A stretch of 60,216 nt of DNA from Candidatus Latescibacterota bacterium. GTDB taxonomy: Bacteria; Latescibacterota; 4484-107. The stretch spans positions 1 to 60,216 of the forward strand of contig JAZDJA010000031.1 of NCBI GenBank assembly GCA_043804415.1, given 5' to 3'. The translations under genes and the position numbers were made by a program. Shown piece by piece: positions 1-8,658 of the stretch. Each line of letters opens with the position of its first letter. Position 1 is the first letter of the stretch. The notes below the pieces were generated by a model. It saw nothing but the letters and a program-made list of their open reading frames with translations. It did no database searches and had not been told where the DNA came from.

Positions 1-141
1 ACAAGTGAAATCACGTTACAGAAGGCCATACACGGATATATCAGGGATTGGAACAAACATCCTGTGCCCTTCAGATGGGTCAAAACATCCGAAGAGGTCC
101 TACGTCATTATGATATAGCCAATTCAGGGACTGACCACTAG
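1..141 (+). mobile_element. 3' end of an IS630-family transposase and right end of the element (truncated by window start)
   Basis: Frame 1 reads TSEITLQKAIHGYIRDWNKHPVPFRWVKTSEEVLRHYDIANSGTDH* (TAG 139-141), matching the typical IS630 C-terminus (AI..YI..WN..P.PF.W.K). It ends in CACTAG, containing the TA/CTAG target typical of IS630. Confidence 0.8.
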
Positions 142-2809
142 AAGGCTATCTAAACCAGCAGGGACTCAGTCCGGCTATTCGATAACGGGGTACGTGAAGT
201 ATAAGGACAAGGACAACGACAACAATCTTGTCCCACTGAAAGTCGTGTCTGTAAGACTTTGTAATTTTGTGGGCCAATCTGTAAATGGGGCCACAACCGA
301 CCAAAATGGATACTACAGTATGAGTGGTTCCCAGTCACTGGGCGAATATAACCTGTTCTATGTAGTGGTTTTGGCGGAGAACGAGGCTGCCAAGATGATA
401 GATGCTGATGTAATATTCAGCGACGTCAAATATCTCCAATACCGATTGTTTGCTGGCTATGAGTTGAATGGGGGCGAAGCGATCAACTTCTACAACCCTC
501 ATCCAGAGAGGTCCCGCATTCTTGAGACGATCCAGCATGCCAGGAACTGGTGCTTGGGGAAATTGAACTGGACTCGAAGCAAGGTCGATGCACGATATTA
601 CTCCAGTTCTGGAACGAGTGGTTTCATGTCGTTCCCAGAATATATCAAAATCTACGACGATGACGTTTGGGGGGAGGCAGATGGAAGAGAGACACAGGCT
701 CATGAATATGGACACGCCGTGCACTACCAGGTATCCGGAAACTCTTTGCCGTCTGGATCGGGACCTGACCCTCACGAATATCGGTCTGTGTCTAGTGGGG
801 GCTTTGCTCTAAGAGAGGGATGGGCTGAGTTTTTCGCTGCCGCCATTCTTCTCGATAGATTTGGCATCGTGATTGGATTCGGCCGTGCCTATGATCTTGA
901 GGATAACCCAAATCAGGAGCACCCTTGGCCTTATTGGCAGGGCGGGGGGACCAACACCAACGGTGAGATCGTAGAGGGGGCGGTAGCCAGCGTTCTGTGG
1001 GACATTTACGATTCTCCTTCCACTCCGGATGGCCTCTCGGGAGACGATGATCCGGTAAGTGGGCGACTTACCGATATGTGGGAGGTCTTAAAGGACGGGA
1101 AACTCGCAAGTTCGGCTCAGAGTTGGCACGTAAACGACATTAGGGAATTCAAGTACATCTGGGATGATGAAGACCCTCCCGGTAGTGTTTACATATTTCA
1201 ACATGCACCTGGTTCCCCCTCTATTGACGCAACATACGATTATGACCTGTTCGGTAAAATTCACGTGCCCGAGCTTTATTCAACGATTCAAGCGGGTATA
1301 GATGCGGCACACTCTGGGGATATGGTTCTTGTGGCCTCAGGCACTTACACTGAACAAACCTCGATGAAAACCGATGTGGATGTTTTCGGTCCCGCAAGTG
1401 GCACCGCGACGATTCAGTATTCCGGGGGAACCGCAGTTACCTTCAACAATGCCAATGCCCGATTAAGCGGGTTCACTTTGAAGGGGTTCAACGCGGTTAA
1501 TATCCAAACCGGCTCTTCTTCTGCGGAGATAGACCACAACACCGTCACGGACAGCTATGTGGGCATCAACGTGAGTGGTTGCAATCCTACCTTCCACCAC
1601 AACACGATATCCGAAAACGGAACGGAGTTTGGTGGAGGAGGCGTCTATGCGGGGTATTCGGCGGATCCGGTGATGTACAATGGGTACAACAACATTGAGG
1701 ACAATGGAGGATATGGCATCGGCTGTTACAGCTCCTCAGAACCCCAGTTAGGATCAGGGGGCAATCAGGGGTTAAACAACTTCACCGGGAATTTCACTTA
1801 CAACCTGACGGCTAATGCCAACTGCGATATGATCTATGCGGAGAACAACTGGTGGGGCACCTCTGTGGAGAGTTCGATCCGGGCCAAGCTCAATCATGGT
1901 CAGGGGTTGAACTACATAGACTACGACCCGTGGAGAACCGGTGCAGCCAAGATGGTCCCGCTTGCCGGAGATCCTCGAGCAGGGGCGGCTCGGGCGGAGA
2001 ACCGTCTGGGACGGGAGCTACTGATGGAGGGGAAGCCGGAAGAGGCCATCAGGTACTTCAAGGGAGTGATTGCGGAGTATGGAGACACGGAAGTGGCTCC
2101 GTTTGCTCTGGATCATCTGGTAGGAGCTTATGAGACGATGGAGGACAAGACCGATCTGCTTCCCTACCTCGAAGCCGTGGCGCAGGGACCTGCTCGCTCC
2201 GAGCTAAGAGGGTTGGCCTCCGAGTTTATCGTGCGGGTTTTGGTGTCGGAAGGAGCGTATGCTCAAGGCATAGCTCAGGCTCAGGAGGTCGTGAAGGTCT
2301 ATCCCGACCGGGAGCGGAATGAGTGGGTGTGGTTTCAGATCGGGTTGATCTACGAGTTGCTGGGCGAGACGGAAAAGGAGGCGGAGGCGTTTCGGACGTT
2401 CCTGTCCCGCTATCCTGTGAATCTCCAAAGCCGACCGAACGATCTTTTGCCGAGTTTGGCGAGAATTCAGTTGGGGTTGGATCCTTGGGGGATGGAGGAG
2501 AAAGAGGAGAAAATACGTTTGTCGAAGACCGCCGCCCTCTTCCAGAGTTACCCCAATCCCTTCAATGCGGAGACGGTCCTTGGGTTCACGTTGCCCCAAG
2601 CCACCTCCGTGAGCTTGATAGTCTACGATGTGCTGGGACAGCGCGTCAGGACGTTGGCCGATGGGGAGATGACTTCGGGGGTGCATCGGGTCCGTTGGGA
2701 CGGCAAAGATGAGCAACGCCGTGAAGTCTCCAGCGGAGTTTACCTTTCTCAACTGAAGGCAGAGGGCGGGAAGTTGGATCTAGTGAGGAAGATGATTTTG
2801 CTTCGCTGA
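140..2809 (+). pseudogene. Secreted modular protein (HEXXH zinc-peptidase-like domain, right-handed beta-helix, TPR repeats, C-terminal FlgD-Ig/T9SS type-A sorting-like domain), 5' end probably cut off by IS630
   Basis: ORF 194..2809 has QAHEYGHAVH...EGWAEF, YSTIQAGIDAA..GD.VLV..GTY, AENNWWG, TPR helices and a FQSYPNPFN...YDVLGQRVRTL...WDGKD...SSGVY...RKMILLR tail. The frame stays open upstream of the GTG to the IS junction (RRLSKPAGTQSGYSITGYVK). There is no RBS or signal peptide at 194. Confidence 0.7.
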
Positions 2810-2835
2810 TGCGCAGCCGTGCGGAGTAATCCAAG

Positions 2836-2876
2836 AAGAGCCGCTCTCGGTTTAGGCTGAGGGCGGCTTTTTATTT
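2836..2876 (+). terminator. Rho-independent terminator
   Basis: Stem GAGCCGCTCTC / GAGGGCGGCTT followed by a T tract, just after the stop at 2809. Confidence 0.75.
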
Positions 2877-2959
2877 CTTTTGGAAGTGGGATAGAACTCC
2901 GATTCGCCCATTTCTTGGAAGAAGAAGCACCATGCTATCCCTGTGAAACATCGACTTGC

Positions 2960-3118
2960 ATGTTTTGATGGAACAGATCATCGAGCGTGGCTGGGGCACG
3001 CCGATCCCGCACTGTTGGCGGGGCGGAGCGCGGCATCCGCATTCTACGTGAGAGAAACCATCGGAAATGAACGAGGCGTGATCACCGCACTGTGCGGCGG
3101 GCCGTTTTTCATCGTGCT
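2960..3118 (+). pseudogene. Degenerate remnant of a FlgD/T9SS-type C-terminal domain
   Basis: Reads FDGTD...GRSAASAFYVRETIGNERGVIT, aligns without gaps to the remnant at 3407-3493, and is followed by the same TTTCATCGTGC motif. Confidence 0.35.
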
Positions 3119-3406
3119 GATGCGGAACCGATTGAAGGGGTCTCAATAGGCGATGTGAGCCTCCCGCAGGTTTCCCCGCGAATCCCCGGCGTAAGATTCA
3201 GGCGAAGACACGGCCAAGCGATTGCCAACCTGCGGGAGGTTTTTGTAGTGAGCAATGAGAAAGAAACGCGCGTGCGAAAAACCCCATGCCAGCCGGTGCG
3301 CCCAAACCCCATCGCCGCAACATCCCGCCTTCGGATGGGAGTCGGTTCGAGAACAAGCATCCCGCGTTTTTCGGCGCGCGGCATCGAACCTGAAAACGAA
3401 GCGTGT

Positions 3407-3493
3407 TGGAACGTTTCTAGCGGCTTGTATCTGATTCGTCTGAGCGGGGATCACGTGGGCGTGTGCACGAGGAAGACCATGCTGCTCCGGTGA
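3407..3493 (+). pseudogene. Orphan 3' remnant of a FlgD/T9SS-type C-terminal domain
   Basis: WNVSSGLYLIRLSGDHVGVCTRKTMLLR* parallels REVSSGVYLSQLKAEGGKLDLVRKMILLR* of the upstream gene. The upstream part of ORF 3092..3493 does not look protein-like. Confidence 0.6.
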
Positions 3494-3586
3494 CCTTTCA
3501 TCGTGCGGAGAGTTTTGGGAAAAAGCCGCATCTGGATAAGCTGAGGCAATGGACGTAAATATTCGGTAGGTCTGAAGACAAAGTAC

Positions 3587-3615
3587 TTGACAAATCCACC
3601 GGAATGTGTTATGCT
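3587..3615 (+). promoter_or_regulatory. Sigma70-type promoter
   Basis: TTGACA (3587-3592), 17 bp spacer, TATGCT (3610-3615). Confidence 0.7.
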
Positions 3616-3727
3616 GAAGCAGCTTTTCTGCAGAGCACGATATTTCCAGAGTGAAACCACTTTCTCTTCGACGAGTGACCGCGCGTTTTGTCGCTGGTCC
3701 TAAGGATAAAAAGGAGGGGAAACAGCA

Positions 3728-4297
3728 ATGGATATTCGTTTCAGGTGCTTTCTCATTATTGGAGTACTTTTTGTGTTCCTGAGTTGTGATGGGGAAAAAT
3801 CTCTGGAATCAAGGGGAAAGAATGCAGACGCAAATGATAATTTTGCGATCTACATTGCAGGTGATAGCAGGCTTGATGTGGACACTCACGATGAGGATGG
3901 GACCCTGGTGGATGAACTCAACCTTTCACAGCCCGCATTCTTATCTACTTCAGATATAACGAGTTATAGCTGGAGTAACCAGTGTATAGCCTATCCTGAC
4001 TCCGTTTGGGAGCGGCTAAAAACATGGGGCCATTTGATAGATAAGTTATTTGTCGTGACTGTGGGAGATGAACGCATCTATTGGGGGATGTTTAAGGACG
4101 CTCTTTCTTCAAGTAGCTGCCAAAACCCGGTTATCCATTTATGGCCTCGGCACCCTGATGGAAGAAATACCACCCCGCCCACGCTCTGGATCGCACGTAC
4201 CTTCCCAGGCTATGCGGGAGACCCGGATGATCCGGATCTCAGAATGGATCCTCGGATCTATGACGCTTTGGAGAAGGTGGGCGTCCTTATTCCATGA
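3728..4297 (+). CDS. Hypothetical lipoprotein
   Basis: AAGGAGG RBS, hydrophobic signal ending in lipobox FLSC, 189 aa. Confidence 0.75.
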   Translation: MDIRFRCFLIIGVLFVFLSCDGEKSLESRGKNADANDNFAIYIAGDSRLDVDTHDEDGTLVDELNLSQPAFLSTSDITSYSWSNQCIAYPDSVWERLKTWGHLIDKLFVVTVGDERIYWGMFKDALSSSSCQNPVIHLWPRHPDGRNTTPPTLWIARTFPGYAGDPDDPDLRMDPRIYDALEKVGVLIP

Positions 4298-4339
4298 TGG
4301 GTTGCAGGTCAATTGATCATGGAGTGATTTCGAGCAGAA

Positions 4340-4429
4340 GGCCAAGCTCGTGGGGAAAGCTCAAATCATCGCATCGGTAGGTGATGCGGTTTTCTCAACC
4401 GTCTCTGGATCAAGAAAGGAAGGTGTGCC
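4340..4429 (+). repeat. Upstream/leader repeat U, copy 1 (copy 2 at ~5869-5957)
   Basis: Near-identical ~90 bp (CAA.CTCGTGGGG.AAG.TCAA.TCATCGCATC.GTAGGTGAT...TTTTCTCAACCGTCTCTGG.TCAAGAAA) in front of both paralogues. Confidence 0.8.
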
Positions 4430-5347
4430 ATGAGAGGAATCATCTTGGCGATAGGTGTGTTCTCATTGTGTGTATTGGCCGGGGGCGTGTATGCCCAGGG
4501 CACTGGGCCGGATCTCTACATCCCTTACGTCGACCCAACGCGTATTGCGATCGACGGGCTGGGAACGGATTGGGAGGACCCTGCGGTGTACCCTCAGGAC
4601 TACAGGCTCTCATTCGCGGATACTCCCGAATACTTCGGGATCGTGACGGGTTCCGAGCTTTCCGGGCCGGAGGACTTTTCCGCCATCCTCTACCTCGGAT
4701 GGAGTACCGATAATAGGCTCTACGGGTACTGCCGGGTGACCGACGACGTCCTGCAGGTCGGTGTTTCCACCAACGGAGCTTGCTGGGGGGAGGACACCTT
4801 GGAGATTATGACGGATGCCGACAACAGTGGTGGGGACTTCAGGGGAGACGACTTACAGGCTAAGTACGCCCAGCAGTTCGGCGTACGCCAGAAGCTGGGT
4901 GTTCCCATGGGACCCGGTGGGAATGAGGACGATACCGTGTGCCACATCTGGGCTGAGGACGGGGCTAAGTGGATAACGGCCCCGGAGTTTTTTTACGCCG
5001 TGGTTGACTATCCCGCCGGCACGTCGGCTGTGTCCTATGCTTACGAGTTCAAACTGGCTCTCTGGGACGAGGTCGGGCTTTCCGTCGGGGAGTCCAGGAT
5101 GCACGACGCTATGCCAACCTACGAGGCCGGAGTGCCTATAGGTTTGGCCATCTGGTGGGACGATTGCGATGCGGAGTTGAACAGCAGGGATAGCCAGATC
5201 GGAACTGTGGGTCCCGAATACCTCACAGAAGTCTGGTATAAAGCCGATTACTTGAACGATGCCTACCTTGTGGACAACCCGCTTTATGATGTAATTGTGG
5301 CGGTGGCGCCCACATCCTGGGGTGCGGTGAAGGAGAGTCTCAGATAA
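4430..5347 (+). CDS. Secreted CBM9/DOMON-like sugar-binding protein, paralogue A, with C-terminal WGAVK tail
   Basis: Signal peptide (VYA/Q), motifs IDG..TDW, DFSA.LYLGW..DN.LY....VTDD, WG.D.LEI..DADN, YEFKL, IGLAI...D.D; ends AVAPTSWGAVKESLR. Confidence 0.7.
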   Translation: MRGIILAIGVFSLCVLAGGVYAQGTGPDLYIPYVDPTRIAIDGLGTDWEDPAVYPQDYRLSFADTPEYFGIVTGSELSGPEDFSAILYLGWSTDNRLYGYCRVTDDVLQVGVSTNGACWGEDTLEIMTDADNSGGDFRGDDLQAKYAQQFGVRQKLGVPMGPGGNEDDTVCHIWAEDGAKWITAPEFFYAVVDYPAGTSAVSYAYEFKLALWDEVGLSVGESRMHDAMPTYEAGVPIGLAIWWDDCDAELNSRDSQIGTVGPEYLTEVWYKADYLNDAYLVDNPLYDVIVAVAPTSWGAVKESLR

Positions 5348-5457
5348 GGCGATGTTTGGGCGGGAATCTGAAAGAGCAAAACCATCCGAGCCCTCTCAAC
5401 CCGATCACTACCATTCGATGTGCTTTTCTTCCTTCTTCTCGTTCCCACGCTCCGCGT
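5348..5457 (+). repeat. Downstream repeat D, copy 1 (copy 2 at 6870-6979), ending in a REP left arm
   Basis: 106/110 identical by eye to 6870-6979; ends CTTCTCGTTCCCACGCTCCGCGT. Confidence 0.9.
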
Positions 5458-5472
5458 CGTCAGGGATTTCAA

Positions 5473-5724
5473 GCGCCAAGAAGTCGCTGCAGAATTCGTG
5501 AAGATCATCGGTCCCATTTCTTGACGCGCTCAAACGTCAACTGGCTGCCCATTTTTCGCGCGCCCACCCGTCGCCCAAATCATGCTCGACTCCCGGCTAT
5601 TCTTGCCTGTAACCATCGGTTTGGGATTTGTGGGTACGTGAATGATCCGACGCATTGGCCGTATTCGAGCCCGAGGGACTCTCTGGGACAATCGGGGCTA
5701 TTGGAGGTGAGTTTGGCTTGGTGA
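5473..5724 (+). pseudogene. Internally deleted, frameshifted REP-associated tyrosine transposase (RAYT/TnpA-REP) remnant
   Basis: N-terminal PRSRCRI....SHFLT...VNWLPIF, then in a shifted frame VAQIMLDSRLFL, fused directly to the C-terminal GYVNDPTHWPYSS.RD..GQSGLLEV...W*. The HUH motif and catalytic Tyr segment are absent. Flanked by inverted REP arms. Confidence 0.75.
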
Positions 5725-5775
5725 CGCGGAGCGTCGAGAGGTGCGTTCCCACGCAGAGCGTGGGAACGAGAAGGA
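5721..5775 (+). repeat. REP right arm (GACGCGGAGCGTC + GTTCCCACGCAGAGCGTGGGAACGAG palindromes)
   Basis: Inverted counterpart of the arm at ~5428-5457. Confidence 0.85.
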
Positions 5776-5867
5776 ACGATGCCTACCTTGTGGACAACCC
5801 GCTTTATGATGTAATTGTGGCGGTGGCGCCCACGTCCTGGGGTGCGGTGAAGGAGAGTCTCAAGTAA
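5774..5867 (+). repeat. Orphan direct copy of the last 94 bp of paralogue A (5254-5347)
   Basis: 91/94 identical; encodes NDAYLVDNPLYDVIVAVAPTSWGAVKESLK*. Confidence 0.95.
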
Positions 5868-5957
5868 GGGCAAACTCGTGGGGCAAGATCAAGTCATCGC
5901 ATCAGTAGGTGATATGATTTTCTCAACCGTCTCTGGGTCAAGAAACGGAGGTGTACC

Positions 5958-6869
5958 ATGAGAGGAATTATCTTGGCAGTAGGTGTGTTGGTGTCGTGTG
6001 TATTGGCCGAAGTCGTGTATGCCCAGGGCACTTGGCCGGATATTCTCATCCCTTACGTCGACCCAACGTTCATCACCATTGATGGGTTGGGTACGGATTG
6101 GGAGGACCCTGCGGTGTACCCTCAGAAGTATAGGCTCTCATCCGCGGATGATCCCGATTACTTCTCGTTTAGGGCAGGTGACTTGCCTTCCGGACCAGAG
6201 GATTTTTCCGCTGTCCTGTACCTCGGATGGAGCACCGATAATATGCTCTATGTATACAGCCAGGTGACCGACGATGTCCTAAAGGGAACTGGCATTCGTA
6301 ATGGATCTAGCTGGGGACAGGAAACCATCCAAATTATGACGGATGCCGACAACATCGGCGGGCCATATAGGGAGGGTGGCCTGGAAGCTGAGCACGCCCA
6401 GCAGTTCGGCGTACGGCTTAGGCAGGGCGTTCCCATGGGACCCGGTGGGAATGAGGACGATACCGTGTGCCACATCTTGGCTGAGGACGGGGCTAAGTGG
6501 ATAACGGGTCCGGACTTTTTCTACGCCGTGGTTGACTATCCAGCCAACACGACGGCTGTAACCTACGCCTATGAGTTCAAGCTGGCTCTTTGGGACGAAG
6601 TCGGGCTTTCTGTTGATGAGTCCCAGCGACACGACGCTTTTGCATCTTTTCTCGCCGATACGCCCATAGGTTTGGCCATCGTGTGGAACGATTGTGATAT
6701 GGTGCCGGGCAACATGGATTCCAAAATCGGGACTATGAGTCCGGATGGATACGACTTCTGGAACAATGCCGATGCCTTCAACGATGCTTACCTCGTGGGG
6801 AGCCCGTATGCTCTTATTGATGCGGTGGCGCCATCTTCCTGGGGTGCGGTGAAGGCGAGTCTCAGGTAA
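5958..6869 (+). CDS. Secreted CBM9/DOMON-like sugar-binding protein, paralogue B, with C-terminal WGAVK tail
   Basis: Colinear close paralogue of 4430..5347; GGAGG RBS; ends AVAPSSWGAVKASLR. Confidence 0.7.
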   Translation: MRGIILAVGVLVSCVLAEVVYAQGTWPDILIPYVDPTFITIDGLGTDWEDPAVYPQKYRLSSADDPDYFSFRAGDLPSGPEDFSAVLYLGWSTDNMLYVYSQVTDDVLKGTGIRNGSSWGQETIQIMTDADNIGGPYREGGLEAEHAQQFGVRLRQGVPMGPGGNEDDTVCHILAEDGAKWITGPDFFYAVVDYPANTTAVTYAYEFKLALWDEVGLSVDESQRHDAFASFLADTPIGLAIVWNDCDMVPGNMDSKIGTMSPDGYDFWNNADAFNDAYLVGSPYALIDAVAPSSWGAVKASLR

Positions 6870-7006
6870 GGCGATGTTTGGGCGGGAATCTGAAAGAGCA
6901 AAACCGTCCGAGCCCTTTCAACCCGATCACTACCATTCGATGTCCCTTTCTTCCTTCTTCTCGTTCCCACGCTCCGCGTGGGAACGCCTCCTCAACGCGC
7001 TACGTC
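6870..7006 (+). repeat. Repeat D copy 2 plus complete REP palindrome
   Basis: CGTTCCCACGCTCCGCGTGGGAACG at 6962-6986. Confidence 0.85.
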
Positions 7007-7145
7007 ATCGAGCCTCGACCCATTGAAACCCTGTGTGGTGAATACCGACCTCCTGAGACGGACGGCGTCCGGATTGGCGCGGAGTCACAGAATCCCGAGC
7101 CAAATCCCCAACAAGAGGGAAATTCCTATAGGATGAACCCATGAA

Positions 7146-7181
7146 GAAAGCCGCCTGTGCTTGTGCAGAGACGGCTTTTTT
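7146..7181. terminator. Probable bidirectional terminator between convergent units
   Basis: AAAGCCG...CGGCTTTTTT hairpin with A/T tracts. Confidence 0.6.
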
Positions 7182-7276
7182 ATCCCAAAAATACCCTTCA
7201 TCCTTCTTGTCGAAGGTGCTCAAAACACCGAGGAGACCATACGTCCCTCCTCGTGAGCCAAAACCTCGCCCCCTCC

Positions 7277-7726
7277 TCACAGCCGCAGTCGACCCTCCAC
7301 GTGTTCCACATACAGCCGTTCCACCTTCGCCTGATCCCACACCTCGATCCGGGAGATCAGCGCAATGCCCCGGCTCAATTCCTCCGCCATCGCCCGGATG
7401 TACGCGGGATAGCTCTTCGCGTCGTAGGTGATCAGCCCTTCCGCAAGCCGGGCGTATTCCTCCTCGAGCACCACCAGCACCCCGAGCGCGGGAGAGATGG
7501 ATTGCAGCGTCATGATGCAATCCACCATCTCCTTCTTGGTCTCAAAGGACAGAATCTCAAAGGCCGCCACGGGCACCATCTCTTGGGCATACCGCTTACT
7601 CCGCCCATCCAGCCACACCGCATCGCCCATGGCATGTTTTTTGAAGCTGCGCCGGGATCGGTATCCCAGGGCCTCTCCGATGGCCAGCAGTTTCCGTTGA
7701 ATCTCCCGGTGCACCGCGCTTGTCAT
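7277..7726 (-). CDS. Hypothetical protein, possible PD-(D/E)xK nuclease fold
   Basis: HREIQ..L..IG..LGY ... DAVW ... PVAAFEI pattern; RBS GGGAG; last gene of the minus-strand cluster. Confidence 0.55.
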   Translation of the reverse strand: MTSAVHREIQRKLLAIGEALGYRSRRSFKKHAMGDAVWLDGRSKRYAQEMVPVAAFEILSFETKKEMVDCIMTLQSISPALGVLVVLEEEYARLAEGLITYDAKSYPAYIRAMAEELSRGIALISRIEVWDQAKVERLYVEHVEGRLRL

Positions 7727-7774
7727 GACCGGTCTCCCTTCCCATTTCCGCTTCGCAGAGAAACCATCCCGCCC

Positions 7775-8287
7775 TCACCGATGTATCACGCGTCCTTCCC
7801 TGGTCTCCACCTCAATATCAGGCGCCACCCTCCCATCAAAATCCCGGATCACCGCCATCGCATCCTCCGGGGTCTCCGCCTCCATTAGGCGTACCTTGAG
7901 CGCTTTGTTCTTCAGCAGCCGGGCGATTTTGGCAACAGCCTGCAGGTATCCCCCCTGGGCGTCGGTCGGCGAAACGATCATAAAAAGCAGGTGAACGGGC
8001 TTCTTGTCCAATGCGTCAAAGGCGATCCCCTCTTTGGATCTTCCAAAGGCAATGGCGAGTTTTTTGACCGTTTCGGAGCGTCCGTGGGGAATGGCAACCC
8101 CTTCGCCTATGGCCGTACTCTCGATTTGCTCCCGCTGGCGAATGGCATACAGACATTCCTCCGCATCCCCGACCAGGCCGGCTTGCGCAAAGAGCCTGAC
8201 GAATGCTTTGAGTACATCCACCTTTTTCTCACAAGGCTCAATAGACGAAATCACCAGCTTTTCTGTGATGAGCTCGGAGAGTTTCAT
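7775..8287 (-). CDS. PTS EIIA (fructose/mannitol/Ntr-type) domain protein
   Basis: REQIESTAIGEGVAIPHGR with the conserved phospho-His; F.ALDKKPVHLLF. Confidence 0.9.
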   Translation of the reverse strand: MKLSELITEKLVISSIEPCEKKVDVLKAFVRLFAQAGLVGDAEECLYAIRQREQIESTAIGEGVAIPHGRSETVKKLAIAFGRSKEGIAFDALDKKPVHLLFMIVSPTDAQGGYLQAVAKIARLLKNKALKVRLMEAETPEDAMAVIRDFDGRVAPDIEVETREGRVIHR

Positions 8288-8328
8288 CGCTTCCTCCTTC
8301 TATACAGCAAGTTGAGTTTCTGGTTGTT

Positions 8329-8658
8329 CTATCTGTCGTACCCGATCGCGCGGGCTGTGGGCAAGGCGACCAGCATGCCGGTACTCTCCTCCTCAAAGTC
8401 GATCCCCTCTTCCTTGAGAATCGCGATCAACTCATCCAGGATGTGCTCCTCCTCCACCAGCGCGAGGATCATTTTCGTAAAGGGATGCCGCCACATTTCG
8501 TGCCGGAGCCCTGCAAAGATGGGAACGTTATCGGCCAAGGTGTTGTTCATACTGGTGCTCTCCACAATACTGGCTTTGGTCACACCCACTTCAACCAGGG
8601 CGGACAGCACGTCTTCGAGACATTCCTGTTTCTCAAGCACGATGATCAAACAGAGCAT
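8329..8658 (-). CDS. PII-like (GlnB-fold) protein
   Basis: 109 aa; LEDVLSALVEVGVTKASIVES..M, N/K-K.I.A.V, TG....LP pattern of PII-like proteins. No canonical uridylylation T-loop Tyr. Confidence 0.6.
   Translation of the reverse strand: MLCLIIVLEKQECLEDVLSALVEVGVTKASIVESTSMNNTLADNVPIFAGLRHEMWRHPFTKMILALVEEEHILDELIAILKEEGIDFEEESTGMLVALPTARAIGYDR

Noticed and set aside
5356-5724. 122-aa ORF as a real gene (also 6878..7144 and 5655..5867)
   Set aside because: They are composites of repeat D, REP arms, RAYT fragments and the duplicated tail.
5254-5867. Diversity-generating retroelement TR/VR pair (gene 3' end plus nearby ~94-bp copy)
   Set aside because: Only 3 mismatches, two of which have A in the gene rather than in the putative template. 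No reverse transcriptase in the window.
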